Assembly: GCA_963797975.1 (NCBI GenBank)
Contig: CAWCRH010000003.1
Coordinates: 71,099-135,098 of the forward strand
DNA from: an uncultured Thermoplasmata archaeon
GTDB lineage: Archaea > Thermoplasmatota > Thermoplasmata > Lutacidiplasmatales > UBA184
Length of the DNA stretch: 64,000 nt
Direction: 5' to 3'
Made by a program: the position numbers and the translations under genes. Shown piece by piece: positions 1-10,181 of this stretch. The stretch's first letter is position 1. Each line of letters starts with the position of its first letter. Under the pieces are notes generated by a model. It saw only the letters and a program-made list of their open reading frames with translations, did no database searches and was not told where the DNA came from.

Positions 1-89
1 TCCGGATCTCCTACTCAAGCCCGGTGCCGATGCTGGACGAGGGCGTCGATCGCCTGACTCGTTTCATACGCCGCTCCCGCGCCCACTGA
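1..89 (+). CDS. 3' end of a probable PLP-dependent class I/II aminotransferase (partial)
   Basis: Frame from nt 3 reads RISYSSPVPMLDEGVDRLTRFIRRSRAH*, resembling the RISY...L.EG+.RL..F C-terminus of aspartate aminotransferase-like enzymes. Confidence 0.5.
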   Translation, partial: RISYSSPVPMLDEGVDRLTRFIRRSRAH

Positions 90-134
90 CCGTGGGAAAG
101 CCGGGGTATTGTAGCTCCGGGGCATCCAGGAACC

Positions 135-809
135 ATGACCTTCGCTACGGTGCATGATCTGACCGCGTTGCTCGAGACGAACATGCCGGTCTGGCCTACA
201 TCGCCCCCTCCCGTGTTCATGCCGGTGGGAACCGTGGCGCGCGACGGCTACCTCATTGAGCACGTCGATTGCCTCACGCACACGGGGACCCACATGGACG
301 CTCCCTCCCACTTTCTCGAGGGCACTATGTCCGTCGACCGCATCGCGCCGACCTCTCTGGTGGGCTCGGCATGCGTATTGGACCTTCGCAAGGAACTAGA
401 CGGGACGACGATCCCCTCCGAAGCGCTGGGGCGCCACTGGCCGAACGCCCTCCATCCGGAGATCGTCCTCCTTGAGACGGGGTGGAGCACCATTCGTTCC
501 CACCGCCGTGACTACCTCTACGACTTTCCGGGGATCGACCCAGCCGGCGCGCGGTGGCTAGCCGATCACCATCTGAAGGGCGTGGGCACCGATACGCTGA
601 GCATCGACCCCTTCTCGAACACTGCGTTCGAAGCGCACAAGGTGCTGTTGGGGCGCGAGATGTGGATCCTCGAGGCGTTGGACCATTTGGACGAGCTAAA
701 GGAGGGAGTGGAGTACACGCTCGTCGCGGCTCCGCTGAAGATCGCGAACGGGAGCGGGGCGATGGCTCGCGTCTTCGCTATTGAGACGGAGGGGGGAGCT
801 CTTCCGTGA
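135..809 (+). CDS. Cyclase / kynurenine formamidase family metal-dependent hydrolase
   Basis: [11 protein letters not shown] motif, [13 protein letters not shown]....ILE.L, PLKI..GSGA..R. Confidence 0.9.
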   Translation: MTFATVHDLTALLETNMPVWPTSPPPVFMPVGTVARDGYLIEHVDCLTHTGTHMDAPSHFLEGTMSVDRIAPTSLVGSACVLDLRKELDGTTIPSEALGRHWPNALHPEIVLLETGWSTIRSHRRDYLYDFPGIDPAGARWLADHHLKGVGTDTLSIDPFSNTAFEAHKVLLGREMWILEALDHLDELKEGVEYTLVAAPLKIANGSGAMARVFAIETEGGALP

Positions 810-1600
810 CGCTCCAATCCGGCCTAAAAGGGGCACGGACCTTGGTCACGGCGTCGAGCCAGGGGATCGGGTTCGCCGCCGCCCGAGCGTTCCTAGCGGA
901 GGGCGCTCGCGTGGTGGTCAACTCGTCGAACGCACAACGGTTGGCCCACGCCGAGCTCGCTTTGAAGGGCCTCGGTGAGGTGCACGGCATCGTCGCGGAC
1001 CTGCGCGAGCAGTCGGCGCTCGACCACCTCGTAGAGACGTCACTCTCCGTCCTGGGTGGGATCGACACCCTCGTCTACGTAACAGGCTCTCCGAAACCGG
1101 GAGTATTCCTCGAGCAGGACTACGCAGCCTGGCACTCCGCGGCCGAGCTCCTGGTCGTGAGCCCGGCCTACCTCGCGCGCAGGGTCGCCGACGCGATGAT
1201 CGCCGGGCGCACCCGTGGCCGAATGGTCTTCCTAGCTTCGATCGCGATCCGTGAGCCGATCCCGACGATCGCCACATCGAGCGTCTGCCGGATCGCGATC
1301 GCGGGCCTCGTACGTACCCTCGCGCGCGAGGTCGGTCCGGCCGGGATACGGGTCAACGGCATCCTTCCCGGGTACATCCGCACGGGCCGCGTGGACGAGG
1401 TCTTCGAGGACGCGGCACGGCGCAAGAACATTCCCACGACTCAGGTCCTTGCCGAGCTCGAACACGACATTCCTCTCGGAAGGATCGGGACCCCGGAGGA
1501 GCTCGCGCAGGCGGTGGTGTTCTTGGGGAGCGAGATGTCGAGCTACGTCACCGGCGCACTCTTGCCGGTGGACGGCGGTCTGCTGCGCTCGGTGGGCTGA
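806..1600 (+). CDS. Short-chain dehydrogenase/reductase
   Basis: TASSQGIG Rossmann motif, [33 protein letters not shown]; GTGA overlap with upstream gene. Confidence 0.9.
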   Translation: MTLQSGLKGARTLVTASSQGIGFAAARAFLAEGARVVVNSSNAQRLAHAELALKGLGEVHGIVADLREQSALDHLVETSLSVLGGIDTLVYVTGSPKPGVFLEQDYAAWHSAAELLVVSPAYLARRVADAMIAGRTRGRMVFLASIAIREPIPTIATSSVCRIAIAGLVRTLAREVGPAGIRVNGILPGYIRTGRVDEVFEDAARRKNIPTTQVLAELEHDIPLGRIGTPEELAQAVVFLGSEMSSYVTGALLPVDGGLLRSVG

Positions 1601-1615
1601 GCTCCCGTTGCCGCC

Positions 1616-1969
1616 TCAGCGGTCCGGTGCGGTGACCTCGGAAGCGAAATCCTCGCGGCCCGGCACGAAGACATCCATCACGACGCTCACCCCGCTCGCG
1701 TCGGTCAGTAGCTCGTGGGGAACGTTCGAGGGGATGAGGTAGGAGGAACCCGGCCGCATCGTCCAGGTCTCAGCACCCACTTCGAATCGACCGCCCCCTT
1801 GGAGGAAGGTCCCCGATTGCACGTGCGGGTGAGCGTGCTTCGGGAATCGGGTGTTGGGGGCGATCTCGTACAGCACGAACGTCATCTCCTTCCCGTGGGC
1901 AAGGATGCGGCGCCTAACTCCGGGCAAGACCTCGTGCCACGCGTCCGGCCGGTCGTTCCACAGCGGCAT
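1616..1969 (-). CDS. Cupin domain protein
   Basis: FPKHAHPHVQ and IPSNVPHEL cupin motifs; DVFVPGREDF C-terminus. Confidence 0.85.
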   Translation of the reverse strand: MPLWNDRPDAWHEVLPGVRRRILAHGKEMTFVLYEIAPNTRFPKHAHPHVQSGTFLQGGGRFEVGAETWTMRPGSSYLIPSNVPHELLTDASGVSVVMDVFVPGREDFASEVTAPDR

Positions 1970-2064
1970 GGATAGGGGATGGCCGACCGGTATATGTCGG
2001 CCGCCGCGAAGGGAGGTCCGTCAGCCGGTGGGCGGCGGGCGCCCTGGTCCGGTGGCGGTCGACG

Positions 2065-2628
2065 CTACGCCTGCCCTTCGGCCCGCCGGAGCTTCTCGCC
2101 GAGCTTACGGAGGGCGCGACCCCGGTGCGAGAGCTCGTTCTTCACGTTGGGTGACAGTTGCGCGAAGGTCTGGGTCCAGCCCGAAGGGACAAAGATCGGG
2201 TCGTAGCCGAACCCCGCGCTTCCGCGGGGGCGCGATGCGATCGACCCGCGGACCTCGCCTACGAACATCCAGGTCCGGGACCCTGACCGCAAGCCGGCGA
2301 CCGTGCGGAACGAGGCGCGGCGGTTGCGCTTCCTGAGGAGTTCGAGGATGGGTCCGAATCCCCAGGTGTGCAGGAAGTGCGCGCTGTAGACCCCGGGGAA
2401 TCCGTTCAGGGAGTCGATGAAGAGTCCCGAATCTTCGACGAGGACCGGACCGGGGACGTCGCGAACGGCCGCGAGCTTGGAGCGCACGACCTCCTCGAGC
2501 GTCTCGGCCTGAGGCTCCGGGAGCGTTCGGCTCCGCCACTTGACGCGGACCCCGTACGGCCGGAGCAGCTCGCGGACCTCGGCCAGTTTTCCACGGTTCG
2601 TGCTGACGAAGGTGAGGGTCGTCGCCAC
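2065..2628 (-). CDS. rdgB: Non-canonical purine NTP pyrophosphatase (ITPase/Ham1)
   Basis: STNRGK, EDSGLFIDSLNGFPGVYS, GFGYDPIF, KNELSHRGRA. Confidence 0.95.
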   Translation of the reverse strand: MATTLTFVSTNRGKLAEVRELLRPYGVRVKWRSRTLPEPQAETLEEVVRSKLAAVRDVPGPVLVEDSGLFIDSLNGFPGVYSAHFLHTWGFGPILELLRKRNRRASFRTVAGLRSGSRTWMFVGEVRGSIASRPRGSAGFGYDPIFVPSGWTQTFAQLSPNVKNELSHRGRALRKLGEKLRRAEGQA

Positions 2629-2631
2629 CGA

Positions 2632-3174
2632 TCACCAGGAGTACTGGTCGTAAGCGATGATCTCTCCCGGGCTCTTGCGGCCATCGTCGCCCGGCCCAGG
2701 AGCGGGGTGCCCATTCGATTCCTGGGGAAAGCCGACGGGTATCACGGCGATCGGGTGAACTCCCTCGGGGACGCCGAGGATGTTACGGACCTTCGCTTCG
2801 TTGAAGTCGATCATCCAGTTCGTTCCAAGGCCCTCGGCCGTGGCCGCGAGCTGGAGCGAGTGGATTGCGACCGCCACGTCGAGCGGGTAGGCGGAGATGT
2901 AGCCCCCGATCGTGATCGGGATGTCCTCCTCGACCGCGAACGCGACAATGACCGCGGGGGCCTCCGCGACCATCCGGCCGCGTGAGCAAGCCTGGGCGAG
3001 GAGGCGCTTACGCTCATCGTCTTGGACGACCACGAAGCGCCATGGCTGGAGGTTCCGCTGAGAAGGGGCGAGTCGGGCCGCTGAGAGGACCGCCTTCAGC
3101 TTCTCCGGGGGGAGCGGCCGGGACTGGAATTGCGCGCAGCTACGGAAGGAGCGTATCGCCTCTTCGACGTCCAT
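2632..3174 (-). CDS. Nitroreductase family protein
   Basis: AARLAPS..NLQPWRFVVV, LAATAEGLGT.W. Confidence 0.9.
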   Translation of the reverse strand: MDVEEAIRSFRSCAQFQSRPLPPEKLKAVLSAARLAPSQRNLQPWRFVVVQDDERKRLLAQACSRGRMVAEAPAVIVAFAVEEDIPITIGGYISAYPLDVAVAIHSLQLAATAEGLGTNWMIDFNEAKVRNILGVPEGVHPIAVIPVGFPQESNGHPAPGPGDDGRKSPGEIIAYDQYSW

Positions 3175-3475
3175 GACGACCCACTTCGAAAGGACTCGGC
3201 GTTGGGGACCAGGGGATTACCCCTCGAGGGCAAGGCGATGCATTCTGTTCGTTGGAGCATCAAGGCGTCTTAAATCCTTTCCTTTGGGACGGGAGATGCC
3301 CTCGACGGCCCCCGGCCCCCCATCACGGTACCAGTGGAGACACCGTCGCATGGTGGGCTGGCCAAACTCCCGACGGGAACCGCAGTGCGGAGGGTGGAGA
3401 GGATTCCCCACCGTTCCGCTGGACCCATTTCGAAGCTCCGTGAATCTCATCTTCACCCTCGGCGGTAAGCTCTCT

Positions 3476-4237
3476 ATGGGTCAGGAGGGGCAGCGCTGGC
3501 AGCCCCAGGGCTACGCGACGCACGCACCGTTCGTGCCGGAACTCGGCCGGCCCCTGCTCGACCTGCTCAACCCTCAGCCCGGGGAGCGGGTGCTCGACAT
3601 CGGGTGTGGGACGGGCGTGCTCACTTCCGACCTCGTCACCCGGGGGGCGTTGGTGGTCGGTATCGACGCCTCCCCGGAGATGGTGGCGGCGGCCCTGAGC
3701 CGGGGCCTGGACGCACGAGTCGTGGATGCCTACCGGCTTTCCTTCTCGCACGAGTTCGACGCCGCGTTCTCGAACGCGGCTCTTCACTGGATGTCACGGG
3801 ACCCCGACGCGGTGCTTCGCGGAGTGCATCGTGCACTGGTCCCGGAAGGGCGGTTCGTGGGAGAAATGGGCGGACCGGGAAACATCGCATCGATCCGCAC
3901 CGCATTACACGACGTGCTCCGGGAGCGCGGGGTCGACCCAGCCGCCGTCGATCCGTGGTTTTTCCCGACGGCCGAGGATTATGGCCGCCGTCTTGGCGAG
4001 GCAGGATTCCGGATCGAATGCCTCGAGACGTTCCCTCGCCCGACGCCCCTTCCCACCGGAATGGAGGGCTGGCTCGAAACGTTCGGAGGAGCTTTCCTCC
4101 AGGCCCTTACGGACAGGGAGCGACGGTCGGCCCGCGAGGAGATCATCCGTCGGCTGCGCCCGGAGCTCTGCGACAACACCGGTCTTTGGACAGCGCCGTA
4201 CGTTCGCCTAAGATTCGTCGTTCGCGCTCGCGGTTGA
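3476..4237 (+). CDS. Class I SAM-dependent methyltransferase (Tam-like)
   Basis: VLDIGCGTG, FDAAFSNAALHW; ATG 3476 preferred over the long upstream extension in the ORF track. Confidence 0.9.
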   Translation: MGQEGQRWQPQGYATHAPFVPELGRPLLDLLNPQPGERVLDIGCGTGVLTSDLVTRGALVVGIDASPEMVAAALSRGLDARVVDAYRLSFSHEFDAAFSNAALHWMSRDPDAVLRGVHRALVPEGRFVGEMGGPGNIASIRTALHDVLRERGVDPAAVDPWFFPTAEDYGRRLGEAGFRIECLETFPRPTPLPTGMEGWLETFGGAFLQALTDRERRSAREEIIRRLRPELCDNTGLWTAPYVRLRFVVRARG

Positions 4238-4385
4238 ATCGTCGTGCGGCAACACGCCCAGGGCGGACCGGAGCTCAGAGAGCGGCGGCGCGCAGTTCAG
4301 TGCCCGACCTCGACTACAGGCATGTCGGCCTGGAGGGATGGCCGGACGGCGGCTCCGCTCGCCCGGGCCGCTCGCGCGCACTTGT

Positions 4386-5201
4386 CTATCGCCGAGCTCC
4401 GTGAGTGAGGGCGCCGGTCGCGCTCGCCCTATTCCGGGGCGTGGCGCGAAGTAACCAGCCTCGGGTGGTGGTCAGGGGGACAAAACCCAGCCGCTCCAAA
4501 ATAGGGAGACTGGATTCTCGGGCGTCTACCGTCAGGAAACGGTAACCGTGCCCTCGGGCGAGAGCAGCACGGACAGCCACGAGGCCGCGATAGAGCCCCC
4601 GACGCCGGTACCGGGGCACAGTGCCGCCTCCCCATAGACTGGCAAACGACCGACCCAACGGCATCTCGAGACGTCCCGTCGCCACCGGGTTTCCATCGAC
4701 GTACGCGACGAACAGCCCGAGCTCGGGGTCAGCGAGGTGATCGCGGAACCGGGAGGCGAGAGGTTGGGCGTCCCGTCCGAATGCCGCATCATTAGCGAGC
4801 TGCGCGTCGTGGAGCCGGGCCTCATCGGTAACGCGCAGGATTTCAGCCCCTTGCGGGGCGGCCCCACCGAAGGCGTTCGTGCGAAGGTCGCAGACAACGA
4901 GCGTCTCGGGCGCGTCGGGAATGAACCCCGCCGCCTCGAGGAGCGCGGGGAGCTCCTTCGGCTGGTCATGGCCGAACGTCTTCCACTCGGCATCGGTCCC
5001 TGCGCGACGAAAGAACTCGGCCTGCTCGGCGATGATGGAGCGTGCGTTCGCCTCCGTCAGATCTGAGAAGAGGATCGTGTTCTCCTCTCCGACGACTCGA
5101 ACGATGGAAGCGATGTGCTCGACGCGGGTGCCGGGATACGGAACCGGGTTCCGTCGCATCTCGGCGTCGTAGAGGGCGAGGACCTCGTCGGGATGGAGCA
5201 T
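4386..5201 (-). CDS. GNAT family N-acetyltransferase
   Basis: GGTVPRYRRRGLY acetyl-CoA-binding motif, S.PILERLGF. Confidence 0.85.
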   Translation of the reverse strand: MLHPDEVLALYDAEMRRNPVPYPGTRVEHIASIVRVVGEENTILFSDLTEANARSIIAEQAEFFRRAGTDAEWKTFGHDQPKELPALLEAAGFIPDAPETLVVCDLRTNAFGGAAPQGAEILRVTDEARLHDAQLANDAAFGRDAQPLASRFRDHLADPELGLFVAYVDGNPVATGRLEMPLGRSFASLWGGGTVPRYRRRGLYRGLVAVRAALARGHGYRFLTVDARESSLPILERLGFVPLTTTRGWLLRATPRNRASATGALTHGARR

Positions 5202-5511
5202 ACTGCGTCCGAACCGCGCTGTGCAGATGAAGAGGTGGGGGTTTCGATCACCCTGTGAGGCAGTGGCGATGCTGTCCCCTCAATGGTCATAGCCCGGCAT
5301 CCGACTCGGAACACCCTCGGATCGACCGCCCATATCACGCGATGGTGGGACGGTTCCGCTCGGTCAGGCTCTCTAACTTCTCGCGCCCTTTCAGTCGCAT
5401 TTCCGGGGGCGTAGCGGATTGAGCTTCTCCGCGCTTCGCGGGAAGGGGTGGTTGATTGTTGACATGAGCTCGCCCAGCCCCGACTTCGACCCGTAATGGT
5501 CATACTCTAGC

Positions 5512-6309
5512 TTGACCACATTCTACTCTGGTTGTGAGCGGGAAGCCGAAAGGCCGATTCCGTATGGGCCAACGGGAAGAGAGGGGTTGACAGAGCGACA
5601 CGTTACATCCGCCAGCATCGTCGGGCAATCCGGGCGAATCGGTTGGGGAGTAGACTCCGTCTTACTGGACCCCACGGTCTTCACGTCGCGTAGGGCCTTC
5701 GACTGGGCGAAACGGTGGATCGGCGCGGCGAGTCGACCGACCCACGTGTTCGTCCCTTCAGCGTTCGTCGCCTTCCTCCGAGGTCGACGACCATCGCGTG
5801 CACGACCTCCCTCCTGGGAGTCCTGGAGTCACCGTCGACCCGGCCCATCGATCGAAATGGTGGCAGACTTCCTCGAGGCTTGGCTGGATACGAAGTTGCT
5901 GACACCTTTCCAGGTTCCGCGAGGCGCGGACCGGGCCAAGGCCTTCAAGGATTTCCGCGGACGGTTGCCGCACGGTCTCCACGGCCGGGCTCAGGAAGAG
6001 GTAACGGCACGGGTTCTCTTCGAGGAGTTCAACTACTTGCGCGCTCGATGCATCGTTCTGACCGATTACTGGTGGCCCTTTGATGCGCTGGTCGATGCGG
6101 GGTCTATTGCGATGTGGGTGCCTCAACGAGACCTGCCAACGCAGGTTGTGGCGGCCCTGCGAAAGTGGGGCGTCAAGGGATTTGTGAGGTACGCGGCAAT
6201 CGGGGTTGGACGCGCGGGCCAGGAGACCGCCATCCCACCCGTGCAGACCTTCTTCCCATCAGTATCGGGCGGCATCTTTCTGGGCATGTACACATCACGA
6301 GCGCTGTAG
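5512..6309 (+). CDS. Hypothetical protein with possible PIN-like fold; true start uncertain (maybe near 5650)
   Basis: VLLDPTVF...VFVPSAF...IVLTD pattern resembles PIN strands; region visibly less GC-rich than its flanks. Confidence 0.4.
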   Translation: MTTFYSGCEREAERPIPYGPTGREGLTERHVTSASIVGQSGRIGWGVDSVLLDPTVFTSRRAFDWAKRWIGAASRPTHVFVPSAFVAFLRGRRPSRARPPSWESWSHRRPGPSIEMVADFLEAWLDTKLLTPFQVPRGADRAKAFKDFRGRLPHGLHGRAQEEVTARVLFEEFNYLRARCIVLTDYWWPFDALVDAGSIAMWVPQRDLPTQVVAALRKWGVKGFVRYAAIGVGRAGQETAIPPVQTFFPSVSGGIFLGMYTSRAL

Positions 6310-6450
6310 CCCGTTAGACCGAGATTCCTCCCGGATGTTGGACTGGCCCGTCCGCAGAGAAGCCTGCTCTTCCCCGACCCGAAATGTAACGCCCCTTGCG
6401 AGAACGACTCAAAGACCCGCTAGCGCAACAGTTCCCCTCGGACAATATAG

Positions 6451-6458
6451 TTAAATAT
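6451..6458 (+). promoter_or_regulatory. Candidate TATA box for the smc operon
   Basis: TTAAATAT in an AT-rich patch ~100 bp upstream of the smc ATG. Confidence 0.4.
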
Positions 6459-6554
6459 GGCGGACAGGGGTGATGAACTCCCGCCGACGATTGTCTGACA
6501 AACAGGCTTCGGCTCGGCGAGCACAGGGAAAGACCGCGTCGGGGAAAGGGTTCA

Positions 6555-9500
6555 ATGTACCTCAAACGGCTCAAACTCAGGAACTTCAAGTCGTTCGCGG
6601 GCGCGGTAGAGATCCCGTTTGAGCCTGGGTTCACTGGTGTCGCGGGTCCGAACGGGATGGGTAAGTCGAACATCTCCGACGCGATCCTGTTCGTTCTCGG
6701 CCCTACCAGCTCGAAGGCCCTGCGCGCGGAGCGCCTTACTCACCTCTTCTTCAACGGCGGCTCTTCCAAGAAGCCGGCAACGGAATGCGAGGTCTCCCTC
6801 GTCTTCGACAACAAGGACAAGATGCTGCCGGTCGACTCGGCCGAGGTCGAGGTCACGCGGTACGTCAAGCTGGCACCGAGCGATCCCGACGGCTACTACT
6901 CCTACTTCTACATCAACGGAAAGCGAACGACCCAAGCCGAGATCGACTCAGCGCTCGCTCACGGCCGCCTCTCCGGAGATGGCTACAACCTCGTCCAGCA
7001 GGGGGACGTCAACAAGGTCGTTGCTATGGGCCCGGTGCCCCGACGCGAGCTCGTGGAGCGCCTCGCGGGGATCTCTCAGTTCGACGAGGAGCTCCAGCGT
7101 GCGGAGAGTAAGCGCGCGGATCTCGACACGAACCTCGACCGGATCAAGACGATCCTGGGAGAGGTCAAGAGCCACCTTTCCGGATTAGAGTCACAGCGAC
7201 TCCAAGCGATTCGTTACAAGGAACTCCAGGAGTCCAAGCGCCGGAACGAGGCGCGCTTGGCCCGGGCCGACCACATGATGGCCGCCCAGGAGGTCGAGAC
7301 ATGCCGTCAGCAGCTCGAAGCCTCTCGGGCCGAGATTGCGCACTTGACGGAGGAGCACTCCGCTCTGACGCAGGCCCGGGACGCGCTCCTCGAGAAGATT
7401 GCCAGCCTGGACGCGGAGATCGCGAAGGCCGGTGGTGAAGAGGCGCGCAAGTTCCGAGCCGAGCTCGATGCTAAGACCCTCGCCCACGCCCGGCTCGTGA
7501 CGAACCTAGAGCACCAGCAAGAGGCCCTCACCACGATCCAGGCCACCCTGACGGAACTGACGGCGCACATTTCCGCCGACGAAAAGGAGCTCGAGCACAA
7601 CCAGGCGGATGAGAGCGAGCACGCGAAGGCCCTCACCCAGGTCTCTTCCAAGGCCGAGGAGGCCGCGAAGGGACTCGCGGCGATCACGGGCGACGCCGAG
7701 CACTCCCAGAAGAAGCTCGCCGGCGTACGAAAGCGGCAGCTCGAGCTCGAGCGAGTCCAGGCCGAGAAGAGGACCGCGTGGCAACAGGCCGTAGAGAAGC
7801 GAGAGGCTACCCGCGCCGCCGTGGAAGCGGCCGAGCGGGCTCAAGCGTTGGCCGAGGACGACCAACGGCACCGGATCGTCGAGGTCAAGGACCTCGAGCT
7901 CCGCTTGAAGGAATCCGGCCCCGGCGGCCCGGGTGGCAAGGGCGGCTCGACCTCCGACCTTCAGAAGGAGCTCTTCCAGCTCAAGTCGAAGGAAAAGGCG
8001 CTCACCTCCGAGGCGCAGCGCATCGGCCTCGAGCTCCAAGAACTCAACCGCCAGTACATGGCGCTGGACGCCCGCCTCAAGGTCCGAGCGGAAGCCTCGG
8101 GTCGACCGGGAACCCAATCCGCGGTCGATTTCATTCTCGCCCAGCGTAACCTCGGCAAGCTCTCCGGGATCCGGGGCACGGTCGAGGAGCTCTCTCACTA
8201 CGATGCGAAGAACCGGGTCGCGCTCGAGGTCGCCGGTGGGGCGCGCTTCCAGGGGATCGTTGTTGACAGCGACGCGACCGCGGAAGAGTGCATCCGCCTC
8301 CTTCGCACCGAGAACCGTGGCCGCGCCACCTTCCTTCCGCTCAACAAGATGCTGTCCGGGCGCCCCAAGGGAAAATCCCTGATCGCGGCTCAGGCGGCGG
8401 GAGCCGTCGGGTTCGCGGTCGACCTCGTGAAGTTCGATGAGGAGCTGCGTCCGGCGTTCTGGTACGTCTTCGGCGAGACCGTCGTCTTCGACGACCTCGG
8501 GCACGCTCGCACCCAGATGGGAGGTGTCCGCCTGGTCACGATGGCCGGGGACCTGATCGAGGCCGCCGGTGCGATCACCGGTGGCTCCTTCGACAAGTCC
8601 CGGGGCACGAAGGCGGCCGAGAGCGTCGTCGAGCTCAAACGCATCGGCGAAGAGCTCAAGGAAAAGAGCGAGGCGGAGTCCGCTGCGCGCACCGAGCTCG
8701 GGAAGATCACCGAACGCATCCGTGAGATCAGCAACGAGCTCGCGAAGCGATCGATCGAAGCGAGCGCCCACGATTCCACGCGCCAAGTGCTGGAGAAGGA
8801 ACTCGCCCAGGCCCGGCTACGTCTGAAGGAGGTCTCCGACAGGATCGCGGCCGCAGTGGCCGCCCACACTGGCGCGGAGAAATCCCTCGGTCAGGCGGAA
8901 GAGGCCGTCACGGGTCTTTCCTCGGAGCTCGAGGAGCTCACCGCCGAGATCACGACCAGCCGGGAAGAGTTCTTGAGCCACCTTCCGAGCCAGGCTTCCC
9001 AACGAATCCGGGAGCTCCAAGCCAATGTCCAGTCCGCGAACGACGAGCGCGTGCGCATCAACGGGGAGCTCGAAGGGATCCGGGCCTCGATGAACGCGCT
9101 CGCGGCGCGCCTCGAGGAGCAACGGCAACGGCTCAAGGCCGTCCAGGGCGAGCTGGCCGCCAAGAAGAGCGAGATCGCTCAAACCCAGAAGGCCGTCACT
9201 CACGCGAAGGCTGCGGTCGAGGCGCTCAAGCGGGTCGAGACCCAACAGGGTTCGACGGCGCTGGATCTCCAGGAGCAGAAGCGCGCCTTCGACGCGGAAC
9301 GCCTCACTCTCGCCGAGAAGGTGGCGACCGCTGCCACCAAGCTGGAGACCCGCACGACGCTTCTCGGCCAAGAAGAGAGCCGCCTCGCGGTCGCCGAACA
9401 GAAGCTCAACGAGATCGCCGAGGCCCTCAAGGAGTTCCCCGCGACCGAGGCGGATGAGAAGCCGGTGCCGCTGGATGAGCTCAAGCGGGCCATCGCCTCC

Positions 9501-10181
9501 CTCGCCGCCCAGCTCGAGGAGATGGGCTCGGTCAACCTGCGGGCCCTCGAGGAGTTCGACCAAGAGAAGGCCCGCGTCGAGGAGTTCGACGCGGAGGTCG
9601 TGCACCTCACGGCCGAGAAGAGCGAGCTGGTCACATTGGTCGGCTCGATCGAGCAGCGCAAACGCGAGAAGCTTACCGAGGTCGTCGGCCAGGTGAACGG
9701 CTTCTTCCACGAGCTCTACGGGGAGCTTTCCGGCGGAGGGGAGGGGGAGATCGTGCTCGAGAACCCGAAGGACCCCCTTGCCGGCGGCCTCTTGATCCGC
9801 GCCCAGCCGATCGGCAAGGTCATCAAGCGCCTCGAGCAGCTTTCCGGTGGCGAGAAGTCGCTCGCGAGCCTCGCGTTCATCTTCTCGCTCCAGCGCTACG
9901 ACCCCAGCCCGCTCTACGTCTTCGACGAGGTCGACATGAGCTTGGACGGGCTCAACGCGGAGTACGTCGGGCGACTGCTGCGCCGCAACGCCGAGCGCGC
10001 GCAGTTCATCGTCATCTCGCTCCGCAAGGTGACGCTCAAGTTCGCTCACCGCATCTTCGGTGTCACGATGCGCGGCGATGGCTGCTCGCACGTGGTCGGC
10101 CTCAAGCTCGACGAGATTCGGGATGTCGAGGAGCGCGAGCAGAACCGCGAGCTCGGTCTCCCGCAGGTGGTCGCGCAATGA
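6555..10181 (+). CDS. smc: Chromosome segregation protein SMC
   Basis: Walker A GPNGMGKSN, long coiled coils, hinge GRATFLPLNK, LSGGEKS signature, Walker B FDEVD. Confidence 0.98.
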   Translation: MYLKRLKLRNFKSFAGAVEIPFEPGFTGVAGPNGMGKSNISDAILFVLGPTSSKALRAERLTHLFFNGGSSKKPATECEVSLVFDNKDKMLPVDSAEVEVTRYVKLAPSDPDGYYSYFYINGKRTTQAEIDSALAHGRLSGDGYNLVQQGDVNKVVAMGPVPRRELVERLAGISQFDEELQRAESKRADLDTNLDRIKTILGEVKSHLSGLESQRLQAIRYKELQESKRRNEARLARADHMMAAQEVETCRQQLEASRAEIAHLTEEHSALTQARDALLEKIASLDAEIAKAGGEEARKFRAELDAKTLAHARLVTNLEHQQEALTTIQATLTELTAHISADEKELEHNQADESEHAKALTQVSSKAEEAAKGLAAITGDAEHSQKKLAGVRKRQLELERVQAEKRTAWQQAVEKREATRAAVEAAERAQALAEDDQRHRIVEVKDLELRLKESGPGGPGGKGGSTSDLQKELFQLKSKEKALTSEAQRIGLELQELNRQYMALDARLKVRAEASGRPGTQSAVDFILAQRNLGKLSGIRGTVEELSHYDAKNRVALEVAGGARFQGIVVDSDATAEECIRLLRTENRGRATFLPLNKMLSGRPKGKSLIAAQAAGAVGFAVDLVKFDEELRPAFWYVFGETVVFDDLGHARTQMGGVRLVTMAGDLIEAAGAITGGSFDKSRGTKAAESVVELKRIGEELKEKSEAESAARTELGKITERIREISNELAKRSIEASAHDSTRQVLEKELAQARLRLKEVSDRIAAAVAAHTGAEKSLGQAEEAVTGLSSELEELTAEITTSREEFLSHLPSQASQRIRELQANVQSANDERVRINGELEGIRASMNALAARLEEQRQRLKAVQGELAAKKSEIAQTQKAVTHAKAAVEALKRVETQQGSTALDLQEQKRAFDAERLTLAEKVATAATKLETRTTLLGQEESRLAVAEQKLNEIAEALKEFPATEADEKPVPLDELKRAIASLAAQLEEMGSVNLRALEEFDQEKARVEEFDAEVVHLTAEKSELVTLVGSIEQRKREKLTEVVGQVNGFFHELYGELSGGGEGEIVLENPKDPLAGGLLIRAQPIGKVIKRLEQLSGGEKSLASLAFIFSLQRYDPSPLYVFDEVDMSLDGLNAEYVGRLLRRNAERAQFIVISLRKVTLKFAHRIFGVTMRGDGCSHVVGLKLDEIRDVEEREQNRELGLPQVVAQ

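Noticed and set aside
6470-6498. C/D-box sRNA (GTGATGA...CTGA) upstream of smc
   Set aside because: No C'/D' pair or second guide, spacing is atypical, and the likely transcription start falls after the C box
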